A DNA stretch of 64,000 nucleotides, taken from the NCBI GenBank assembly GCA_966211245.1, contig CBIHND010000011.1:56274-120273 (forward strand). The letters are read 5' to 3'. The stretch is from an uncultured Fluviicola sp. (GTDB taxonomy: Bacteria; Bacteroidota; Bacteroidia; Flavobacteriales_D; Crocinitomicaceae). A program made the translations under genes and the position numbers. Shown here in pieces: positions 49,812 to 57,779 of this stretch. The notes below the pieces were generated by a model that saw nothing but the letters and a program-made list of their open reading frames with translations, searched no databases and was not told where the DNA came from. The first letter of the stretch is position 1, and the number at the start of each line of letters is the position of its first letter.

Positions 49812-49879
49812 TGTATTTTTGATGATAGCAGGAAAGGCTCCCCATAACTTTGTCCTATCGAAAATTTAAAACACGTATT

Positions 49880-50791
49880 ATGTTAACGACAAAAATGATT
49901 GGCAACAGAATTGGCGAAGCCCGCAAGAAAATTAATCTTTCTCAATCTCAACTTGCAGAGCAACTCTTTATCAGCGCACAGGCTGTTGGGAAATGGGAAC
50001 GCGGGGAATCACTTCCTGACATTATTACTTTGAACCGGCTGGCAGAAATTCTCTGCGTGGATCTGAACTATTTTTCAGCCAACCCGGAAAGAGCTTGGGA
50101 TGGTTCCGATGAAAATCAGTATTCATCGGAATCTTCTGTAAAGCAAATTCCTGCTATTCCACAGAATGATCCAGTTAAAAGACCGAAATGGGATATGTCG
50201 CAAAGCAATTGGGTAGACGCGGACTTTTCCGGTTTGAAAAATTTGCACGAGAAGTTCAGTTCTTCGAATATGCAGCGCTGCAAGTTCAATGGATCGGATT
50301 TACCGGGACTTTTACTAAGAGGCAATAACGTAGATAACTGTGATTTTTCTGATTCCAATATCACTAATGCTCACATTCAACGTTCGAACCTTGCAAACAA
50401 TAAATTCGTTGCCTGTTCACTGAATGAAACGAATTTTTCCGGGAGCTACATTTCCAAATGTGATTTTACCAACGCAGATTTTTCGGACGTTACGATTAAA
50501 GATGGTGGTTTTGAGAAAAATAGCATTAACGGAGCTGTATTGAAGCGTACTTCCTTTATTGGCTCGTATATCGGTGATACTGTTTTTGAGGGAATGCTTG
50601 AAGATTGTTATTTTGAAAGATGTGATTTTAAGCGAGTTACTTTCCAGAATGCGACATTAGTAAACACGTTCTTTAAGAACAATAGCCTGAAACGAATTAA
50701 GTTTGTTGATTGTCAGGCTGATCGATTGACGTATGAATTTTTGAAAAGCGGGAAGGCAGATTTGAGCGGCATAACGTTGATCGCCGAATAG
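49880..50791 (+). CDS. XRE-family HTH fused to pentapeptide-repeat domain
   Basis: RKKINLSQSQLAEQL.IS.QAVGKWERGESLPD HTH; long (A/C/S)xF/L pentapeptide run (CDFSDSNI, TNFSGSYI, CDFTNADFS). Confidence 0.92.
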   Translation: MLTTKMIGNRIGEARKKINLSQSQLAEQLFISAQAVGKWERGESLPDIITLNRLAEILCVDLNYFSANPERAWDGSDENQYSSESSVKQIPAIPQNDPVKRPKWDMSQSNWVDADFSGLKNLHEKFSSSNMQRCKFNGSDLPGLLLRGNNVDNCDFSDSNITNAHIQRSNLANNKFVACSLNETNFSGSYISKCDFTNADFSDVTIKDGGFEKNSINGAVLKRTSFIGSYIGDTVFEGMLEDCYFERCDFKRVTFQNATLVNTFFKNNSLKRIKFVDCQADRLTYEFLKSGKADLSGITLIAE

Positions 50792-50792
50792 T

Positions 50793-51020
50793 CTATTCAA
50801 AAATCGCTTCGATTTCCCTGGTTGATCTTTTGAATGAGAATTCCTCGTTTAACATGTCCTGAATGCGAAGCATCTCCGGATACTGTGTAGCGGTTACCTC
50901 TTGAAATTCCCATTTTCCATTGCGCTGTGACGCTTCAATGAACAGGCGTTCACTCACAATTTTGTAATGGCGATTGAAAGAACCGAGCGAACGGTATTGT
51001 GGAAAAATGAACATTTTCAT
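50793..51020 (-). CDS. Small hypothetical protein
   Basis: 75-aa ORF filling the gap; TATCTTTG -7 box directly upstream; QYR...YKI.S.R.F.E pattern. Confidence 0.7.
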   Translation of the reverse strand: MKMFIFPQYRSLGSFNRHYKIVSERLFIEASQRNGKWEFQEVTATQYPEMLRIQDMLNEEFSFKRSTREIEAIFE

Positions 51021-51067
51021 GATGCAAAGATAGTTCCTCTAAAATCAATGTATGTAGGGAATTAGTC

Positions 51068-51102
51068 AAAAAAAATCCCGGCTTCAATTGCGAAACCGGG
51101 AT
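51068..51102 (-). terminator. Intrinsic terminator
   Basis: A-run then ATCCCGG...CCGGGAT. Confidence 0.8.
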
Positions 51103-51123
51103 GCTGTATTATCATTCAACCGC

Positions 51124-52299
51124 TTATTGAACCACTTTAATGATTACGCGACGGTCTTTTGCCTGTTTCAATTCATCATCGTCACCTTCTTTGTACTCTG
51201 AAGTATTAGGCTCAGAAGCACCTTTACTGGAAGACTTCATACGGGAAGCAGCAATTCCTTTACTTTCAAGGTATTGTTTTACCGCCGCATTACGCTTAAC
51301 ATCCATGTCTGCATAGAACGGTTTCTTCTCAGCGTACTCGATCTCGCTTTGATCACTGTGTCCGTAGATTTGAATAGTGAACGTAGGATTTGCCTTCAAT
51401 TCAGTTACAACCAGATCCAATGCGCTTTTCGCCTGAGGAGTCAATTCTTCCTTACCGAAAGCAAAGTTGATACTTTGTGCCTCGATTTTGTCTTTTGACG
51501 ACATACGATCAAGGTTTGTTACCTGCTTTTGGTAGATCATTGTTGAGAATTGCTTGTTCTCAGCATCTTCGTAGTTACAGTTGCACGCTTCTTTCTCTTC
51601 CAGCAACATTACTGAAATATCGTCAACGAAGTAGTACGCACCAATGAACGGAGTAAACTTATTGTCTTTCGCTTTTTTATTGGTTTCGTACTTCGTATCA
51701 GCGTTATTGGTGAAGTTACCGATGGTAATGAATTTCTCACCACCGTCCGTAGAAGTATACTCTCCACAAATTTTCTCCCATCCAAGGTAAGAGTTGAATA
51801 CCTTATTTTTCGGGTGAACGATATTCGCTTTATCGATAATAGAGCTTTTCGTATCAGAGCTGAATTCGCGTTTACCGATGATCATTCCGATCTCGTTGCA
51901 CGAGTATTTTGATGCTTCTGCAAGGTTTACATAGAACGTAACACATACACGCTGACCTTTTTTCAAAGGAGTTGTCAATTTCGCAGTAAGGTACGTACGT
52001 GGAATTTTATCCTGGTAAGAATAAGCAACAATACCTGCGTAGTTGTCACCTTCTTTTGCATCTTCGGTTCCGTAAATGTTAGTTGGTGCAGCAATATCCG
52101 GCACTTTAGAATCTCCAAGGAACACATCTGCTCTCACTGCAGTTGGAGATTTCCATCCTGTAGCAAGATCAATCTGACCCAACTTTTTGATTTTTCCGGT
52201 ATTCGATTCAAAACCACCGTTTTCAATCAAATTGGTTTGAGCAGCACTCAACAAGGGTAAAGTAAGGAGGGCCAATGCCGCAACGCTTTTTACTTTCAT
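51124..52299 (-). CDS. OmpA-family protein with N-terminal carbohydrate-binding-like jelly-roll domain
   Basis: NLIENGGFE, GEKFITIGNF, YYFVDDISV; C-terminal IYGHSD, KDRRV; start MKVKS. Confidence 0.85.
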   Translation of the reverse strand: MKVKSVAALALLTLPLLSAAQTNLIENGGFESNTGKIKKLGQIDLATGWKSPTAVRADVFLGDSKVPDIAAPTNIYGTEDAKEGDNYAGIVAYSYQDKIPRTYLTAKLTTPLKKGQRVCVTFYVNLAEASKYSCNEIGMIIGKREFSSDTKSSIIDKANIVHPKNKVFNSYLGWEKICGEYTSTDGGEKFITIGNFTNNADTKYETNKKAKDNKFTPFIGAYYFVDDISVMLLEEKEACNCNYEDAENKQFSTMIYQKQVTNLDRMSSKDKIEAQSINFAFGKEELTPQAKSALDLVVTELKANPTFTIQIYGHSDQSEIEYAEKKPFYADMDVKRNAAVKQYLESKGIAASRMKSSSKGASEPNTSEYKEGDDDELKQAKDRRVIIKVVQ

Positions 52300-52300
52300 A

Positions 52301-53338
52301 CTAGTTGATTTCATAGGATTTTACAGTTTTAATGAACGTTTTAACTTTTTCAGGATCAACGTCTGGGTAAACGCCGTGCCCAAGGTTTGCTATGTGTCGT
52401 TTATTATTTTCGAACGAATTTAGCATTTTTATTGTTTCCGCTGCAACGGTTTCATGACTACCGTATAAAACGCATGGATCTAAATTTCCCTGAAGGGTAA
52501 CATTCGGACCAACTTGCTGACGTACAACAGGAATATCCATGTTCCAGTCCAAACCAACAGTGTTACAGTCCAATTTTGCAATTGCAGGAATGGAAGTGAT
52601 CGCACCTTTCGAGAAAAGTGTTACGGGAACCTCAGTAATTGCATCAGCAATTTGCTTAAGGTAAGGAAGTGAAAACGTTGCATATTGCTCAGTTCCCAAA
52701 ATTCCGGCCCATGAATCGAATACTTGTATCATTGCTGCTCCTGCTTTAACCTGTGCCTTCAGATAGGCAATGGTTACATTCGTTATGTCCTGTAGCAACT
52801 GGTGTGCCAATTTTGGATTTGTGACCAACAACTTGCGCGCCTCGGAGAAGGTTTTCGAGCCGTGACCTTCAACCATGTAACACAGAATTGTCCATGGTGC
52901 ACCCGCAAAACCAATTACCGGAACACGTCCGTTCAATTCCTTTACAGTCAATTTAATGGCTTCCATCACATACCCCAAACGATCTTCCACATCGAAGTTG
53001 GTCTCAACACGTTTGGCGTCTTCTTCGGAACGAATCGTGTGTTCGAAGCTAGGTCCGCGTTTTTCAACCATTTCGTACGGAACGTTCATTGCCTCAGGAA
53101 CGACAAGAATATCAGAGAAAATAATCGCCGCGTCCACGTCCAGAATGTCTACCGGTTGAATGGTTACTTCCGCAGCCAGCTCCGGAGTTTCTACTAATTC
53201 CTTAAAGCCTGTCAATCTGTTTCTTACAGCTCTGTATTCAGGCAAAATTCTTCCTGCCTGACGCATCAACCATACTGGGTAGCGTTCAATATCTTCACCT
53301 CGTGCGGCACGAAGTATCAAATCATTCTTTAGTTCCAT
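52301..53338 (-). CDS. hemE: Uroporphyrinogen decarboxylase
   Basis: [51 protein letters not shown]. Confidence 0.98.
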   Translation of the reverse strand: MELKNDLILRAARGEDIERYPVWLMRQAGRILPEYRAVRNRLTGFKELVETPELAAEVTIQPVDILDVDAAIIFSDILVVPEAMNVPYEMVEKRGPSFEHTIRSEEDAKRVETNFDVEDRLGYVMEAIKLTVKELNGRVPVIGFAGAPWTILCYMVEGHGSKTFSEARKLLVTNPKLAHQLLQDITNVTIAYLKAQVKAGAAMIQVFDSWAGILGTEQYATFSLPYLKQIADAITEVPVTLFSKGAITSIPAIAKLDCNTVGLDWNMDIPVVRQQVGPNVTLQGNLDPCVLYGSHETVAAETIKMLNSFENNKRHIANLGHGVYPDVDPEKVKTFIKTVKSYEIN

Positions 53339-53390
53339 TGGCGCAAAAGTACGGTTTAAAGACGAATGTTCAGTGCGAAACTGTGGTTAC

Positions 53391-54062
53391 TCACCATTCT
53401 ATCGGGGTTTGTTGTTTTTCGGATAAAATCCGGTTGATGGTAGAAAACGGTTTACTCCCGAAAAATCCACGGTAAGCTGAAAGTGGCGACGGGTGAGGTG
53501 CCTGTAAGACCACATGTTTCTGCCGATCTACACGTGCTGCTTTTGCTTGAGCAGGCGAACCCCAAAGCACAAAAATCACACCTTCTTTTTTGTCGTTAAT
53601 GAGCTGAATGACTGCGTCTGTAAATCGTTCCCATCCGCGGTTTGCATGGCTCAACGGGGCACCTTGTCTGACGGTCAATATCGAATTCAGTAGTAATATT
53701 CCCTGATTCGCCCAAGCGTTGAGATCGCCATTTGGCGGTGCAGGCTTGCCCAGATCGTCTTCGAATTCTTTGAAAATGTTCTGAAGACTTTTCGGTAGTG
53801 GACGAACATGAGCGTCACAACTGAAACACAAACCGTGAGCATGCCCCGGGGTAGGATAAGGGTCCTGGCCGAGAATGACCACTTTCAGTTCGTCAAACGG
53901 ACAAGCATCGAAAGCTCTGAAGATGTAATTGCCCTTTGGGAAAATCTGGTTTGGAAATGCCTGGTATTCGCTTTTGACGAATGCTGTCAGTTGTTGAAAG
54001 TATTCAGAATTAAACTCTTGCTGAAGTTGTTCTTTCCAGCTTTCGTGAATCTTTACGTCCAT
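53391..54062 (-). CDS. ung: Uracil-DNA glycosylase
   Basis: KVVILGQDPYP, AHGLCFS, WANQGILLLN, FVLWG, APHPSPLSAYRGFFG. Confidence 0.97.
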   Translation of the reverse strand: MDVKIHESWKEQLQQEFNSEYFQQLTAFVKSEYQAFPNQIFPKGNYIFRAFDACPFDELKVVILGQDPYPTPGHAHGLCFSCDAHVRPLPKSLQNIFKEFEDDLGKPAPPNGDLNAWANQGILLLNSILTVRQGAPLSHANRGWERFTDAVIQLINDKKEGVIFVLWGSPAQAKAARVDRQKHVVLQAPHPSPLSAYRGFFGSKPFSTINRILSEKQQTPIEW

Positions 54063-54825
54063 TTTCGTTTGAGATTTGCTTTTGCTGTCTGCACACGACG
54101 TGAAAACAGGTCTGAAAGTACTCATAAGTTACATAGCAGCGCTTTTCTTCACGCATTTCGTAGAGTGTCTCCGCTAGTGTTTCCTTTAAATGGGCAATTT
54201 CTCCGTCATTCAACGGACGATCATGGATAAAGGTGTGATAGGATATGTCGAAAGTCGTTCCGTGAAGGTGGGATGAATGCTTGATTGCATTTTTGTTTTT
54301 CCGTAATAAACGACTCACCGAACTTTTTGTGCGAAGGAGGGAAGTCAGTACCAGCTTGGTCCCCGCAAGATCGGTTTGCCGGAGTTTTTCCTGAAAACGG
54401 AGGCACAAATCGTCAATAAAACCTTTCACATACTGTTTCGAAAACGGATACGAATACCACATGGTATCTACGAAGTAGTATTCATTCGATTCAATGGCAA
54501 CCAACTCTCCCTGAATCAGGGCGCGTTTAATGTCACGGATTCGTATGGGCTCCTGTTCTAAACCATCCTTAGCCGAGTCTCTCCAGTATTCACGTACGTT
54601 GTCATTCATACGCCAGGCATGGGTGAAGTGCATCGCACAGGTTTGAGGAAATCGCTCTGAAAGTTGTTCTGTTTCGCCCTCAAATGTATGGGTCAGCCAT
54701 TGCTGAAATCCCTTGGGGTTAGTGAAGAAAACAACCAAACCGCCAAACCAAAGGAAGAGCAAAAAGCCGAAGGCTCGCTTCCAGGTAAAGAATCGACGAC
54801 GATATGATTTGTTTTGCTTTGGCAT
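54010..54825 (-). CDS. DUF5715-family protein (peptidase M15-like zinc fold)
   Basis: N-terminal membrane anchor; TSLLRT, SSHLHGTTFDISY, CFHVV. Confidence 0.8.
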   Translation of the reverse strand: MPKQNKSYRRRFFTWKRAFGFLLFLWFGGLVVFFTNPKGFQQWLTHTFEGETEQLSERFPQTCAMHFTHAWRMNDNVREYWRDSAKDGLEQEPIRIRDIKRALIQGELVAIESNEYYFVDTMWYSYPFSKQYVKGFIDDLCLRFQEKLRQTDLAGTKLVLTSLLRTKSSVSRLLRKNKNAIKHSSHLHGTTFDISYHTFIHDRPLNDGEIAHLKETLAETLYEMREEKRCYVTYEYFQTCFHVVCRQQKQISNENGRKDSRKLERTTSARV

Positions 54826-54915
54826 GGGTATCTAAACGCTTAACGTTCAGTAGATCGCAAAAATAGGATTTGTTGATTAAAAACCGATGAAAGGATACCG
54901 AAAAGCCTCGTTTTT

Positions 54916-55962
54916 CTATGATTTTACCACTTTTTTTACGCAATGGCTAGCTCCGTCTGTGATCGTCAGAAAGTACATTCCGGAAGGTAAATCCGAGAAT
55001 GAAATTGAAGTCTGTCCCTGAAGTTCATGAGTAGAAAGTACATTTCCTGAAAGGTTTGAAATAGTTAATGTACATCGTTGTTTCAATGTGGCTTGAATCT
55101 GAAGATTTTCCTGTACAGGATTAGGTGAAATCACAAAAAGTTCTTCAAAATCATTTTCCATGATTGCCGCAGAAAGGCTCTGAGCTCTTAGAAATAGACC
55201 ACTATCATAATCTCTGTCTCCCTGATCTGCAATGACAATTTTCAGGTGATAGGATTCGGTTGGAACTACCGAAACGGCAGTTCTTATCGGAACAGTCATG
55301 CCATTGTATTGTACATACATGGAATCTGTGTTTTCAGGGGCTTCAGTACCATTCCCGTTATCTATGTAATATTCTCCATTATGGTGAGTTGGATAAACAC
55401 CGTAACCGTGATTGATATTTGCAACGGAAATTCGTTCTCCGTTGACCAGGGCTATGTTTTCGGGAGCTTCACCGACTTTGTTTAAAAAGATTCCGATTCC
55501 ATCGTCAAAAGATGAGCCATCGAGCTCCGTTCCATGGTTGATATATTGATATTCTTCTGAAGCAAAGATGTATTCAAGCACCAGTGAATCACCGGCGGGA
55601 ATAAAATCAAATTCAAGAATAGCTGCGTCGAAGTTAGATTGAAAATCATGATTCATCATCGAATCACCGGGAAAGTTGTTTGCTCCTCCGTAGGAATGAT
55701 CATTGTTCGGACCAACGGCGTTGTAAATGCTTCCGGTGGTCATTAGCACTCCGGTTGTAAAAGTCATTCGATAACAATTCGCGTGAAAGTAACCAATAGC
55801 ATCTTCAAATCCGTGGTATTGAACATTACTGATCTGAATGGATTGTCCGGTTAATACTTCATCTACGAGCAATTGTGGACTGGCGCCTGAAACAGAGAGT
55901 TGAGCTGAGCCCTGGAGCGTAAAAAGACTTTGGGTGAAGAGAATTAGTAATAGGTTTTTCAT
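54916..55962 (-). CDS. T9SS type A cargo with choice-of-anchor L domain
   Basis: GVLMTTG, FDAAILEFDF.PAGDSL..EYIFASEEY, NIALV, YHLKIVIAD.GD..YDSGLFL; ISPNP...GMYFL CTD. Confidence 0.9.
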   Translation of the reverse strand: MKNLLLILFTQSLFTLQGSAQLSVSGASPQLLVDEVLTGQSIQISNVQYHGFEDAIGYFHANCYRMTFTTGVLMTTGSIYNAVGPNNDHSYGGANNFPGDSMMNHDFQSNFDAAILEFDFIPAGDSLVLEYIFASEEYQYINHGTELDGSSFDDGIGIFLNKVGEAPENIALVNGERISVANINHGYGVYPTHHNGEYYIDNGNGTEAPENTDSMYVQYNGMTVPIRTAVSVVPTESYHLKIVIADQGDRDYDSGLFLRAQSLSAAIMENDFEELFVISPNPVQENLQIQATLKQRCTLTISNLSGNVLSTHELQGQTSISFSDLPSGMYFLTITDGASHCVKKVVKS

Positions 55963-56003
55963 TGTCAGCTGGTTGTATCAGTTTGACTAAAGTACAAAAA
56001 TTA

Positions 56004-56036
56004 GAAAGGGTGGCTGACGCATCAACCACCCTTTTT
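56004..56036. terminator. Intrinsic terminator
   Basis: AAAGGGTGG...CCACCCTTTTT. Confidence 0.8.
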
Positions 56037-56054
56037 ACAAACTGGTGAAAGAAC

Positions 56055-56447
56055 CTACGGTTCAATAACAAAATTCACTTCTTTAGAGGTTACATCACCT
56101 TCGTGGTTATAAGCCGATTCGATGTACAAACGAACTGCGGTTGGTGTTGCCAAACCATGTGTAATGGTATCGTGAATCGTGATGGATGTAGCGTGTTCAT
56201 CCTTGTCGTACTCAGCGATAACGGAGTTGTCACTTTGTTTGTACAGAACTACATGGTATCCGTGCATGGCCATGTTACCGTTGATGTTTCCGACTAAAAT
56301 GAACTTAGGGCCGGTCATTGTATCGTCTGTAATTGGAGCAATGATGGTAATTCCACCTTCGAATGGTGTTTCTTCTTCTGTCTCTTTTTTACATGAACCA
56401 AGTGCCGTTGAGGCAATCGCAAGTGCTATAAAAAGGTATTTCTTCAT
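56055..56447 (-). CDS. His-rich Ig-like lipoprotein (DUF4625-like)
   Basis: Lipobox LGSC; MHGYHV, EHAT..IHDTITH, AYNHEG. Confidence 0.65.
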   Translation of the reverse strand: MKKYLFIALAIASTALGSCKKETEEETPFEGGITIIAPITDDTMTGPKFILVGNINGNMAMHGYHVVLYKQSDNSVIAEYDKDEHATSITIHDTITHGLATPTAVRLYIESAYNHEGDVTSKEVNFVIEP

Positions 56448-57349
56448 TTTTGTTGTTTTAAAACGTAATACAGCCCGAGACTTACAGCTGATTTTTGTTC
56501 GCTGTTGCCTTCTCCGAGTTGTTGATAAACAGGCAAATTAAAGCCTAGCTGAAAACTCCAGGCATTGGAGGAATATGCTACTACCGAAGCACTTTGAACC
56601 AAAAGCGCTTGTGAATTGGTGTGATCGTAGACTTCTCCGTCAAGTTTCGCCGGTCTATTTCCGGTCACAGAAAATCCGGTTCCAACCGAAATGCGATTGA
56701 ACAGGAATAATCCGATCGTTTGATTGTACCAGGTGTTTCCCGGATGATAATCGTATTTGTTGGTGGTTCTCAGTGAAAAGGAACTTTCGTTACTTAGCGC
56801 AAACTTCCCTGTTCTGTATGCGAACGAGGAGGAAAATACGTAATCAACGCTTCCTGTTCCAGGGTTCAGCATGAATGTTTCGGATTCCGGATCACTGAAT
56901 TTACCGGTTGGTAACTTCGCTCCAAATCCCATAGACCATCTTAAGGCATTGTTCATGGAATAAGCCGAATCGATGAGGAAAGCATTCAGTGTAGCCTGTA
57001 CATCACCGGGACCACTCAGGTATGTTCTGGTATCCGTTTCCTGTGTATGTGTATTGTGTACGAACGGGAGTATTGCACGTGCCTGAAAACGTTTGCTGAG
57101 ACGGATCGTCGCTGTAATATCGGATTTGTAATAATACTCGTGCGTTTGGGTGTCGGGGTGACCGTACAACCCGTCAATTGCCGTTGTATATATTTTATAG
57201 GAATTCACGAAGGAAAACGAAGTTCGGTTTCCGTGCGATTGGATTCCCAATCCCATATTTCCAAGATTTCCGCTGCAACCACAGGCATCGCATGCAATAA
57301 CTCTTACCGAACAGCCCAAAACTGTCAGTGTAAAAAGTATTGTCTTCAT
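56444..57349 (-). CDS. Outer-membrane transporter-like barrel with N-terminal CDxCGC motif
   Basis: ACDACGCSG after the signal peptide; GPGDV, G.G.KLPTG.F, PGTGS.D, LPVYQ barrel motifs. Confidence 0.75.
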   Translation of the reverse strand: MKTILFTLTVLGCSVRVIACDACGCSGNLGNMGLGIQSHGNRTSFSFVNSYKIYTTAIDGLYGHPDTQTHEYYYKSDITATIRLSKRFQARAILPFVHNTHTQETDTRTYLSGPGDVQATLNAFLIDSAYSMNNALRWSMGFGAKLPTGKFSDPESETFMLNPGTGSVDYVFSSSFAYRTGKFALSNESSFSLRTTNKYDYHPGNTWYNQTIGLFLFNRISVGTGFSVTGNRPAKLDGEVYDHTNSQALLVQSASVVAYSSNAWSFQLGFNLPVYQQLGEGNSEQKSAVSLGLYYVLKQQK

Positions 57350-57380
57350 TTGATTTTAGTATAAACGTAAAGCGATGCGT

Positions 57381-57779
57381 CTATACCAATTCGGGAGGGG
57401 GAGAAGGGATAATTTGAACGGTTGAGTGATGATTGTCTGAATAAACAAACAAACTCTTTTCGTTGTTTGCAACAGTAACGCTGTTGAATACCGGAACGAT
57501 TTGTTCGGGTAGATGGTACAACTCCGCTCCCTTCAATTGAAAAGGAGCGGGTTGGTTTTGTTTCTTTTGATAATCTTCTTCGATTTTTGCCAGCTGTCTG
57601 GCAAGGTAACACTTACCGTTACACTTCAACTTCGGGCGACTTTTATTGATACAATGTTCAGCCGTAAGTTGTTTCTGATTCCACCAGAAATATATGTTGA
57701 ACGAAAATCCGCCGATCATTTTGAAGCTCATCAAAGCGATGAGTCCAAAAATGCATGTGCGACGGATAAACTGAAACAT
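57381..57779 (-). CDS. Cys-motif small membrane protein (HCxN...CxGKCYL)
   Basis: N-terminal TM helix; AEHCINKSRPKLKCNGKCYL; C-terminal PSPPP. Confidence 0.8.
   Translation of the reverse strand: MFQFIRRTCIFGLIALMSFKMIGGFSFNIYFWWNQKQLTAEHCINKSRPKLKCNGKCYLARQLAKIEEDYQKKQNQPAPFQLKGAELYHLPEQIVPVFNSVTVANNEKSLFVYSDNHHSTVQIIPSPPPELV

Noticed and set aside
49880-51020. XRE protein plus 75-aa ORF considered as a toxin-antitoxin pair
   Set aside because: The genes are convergent with separate promoters, and the small ORF has no toxin motif
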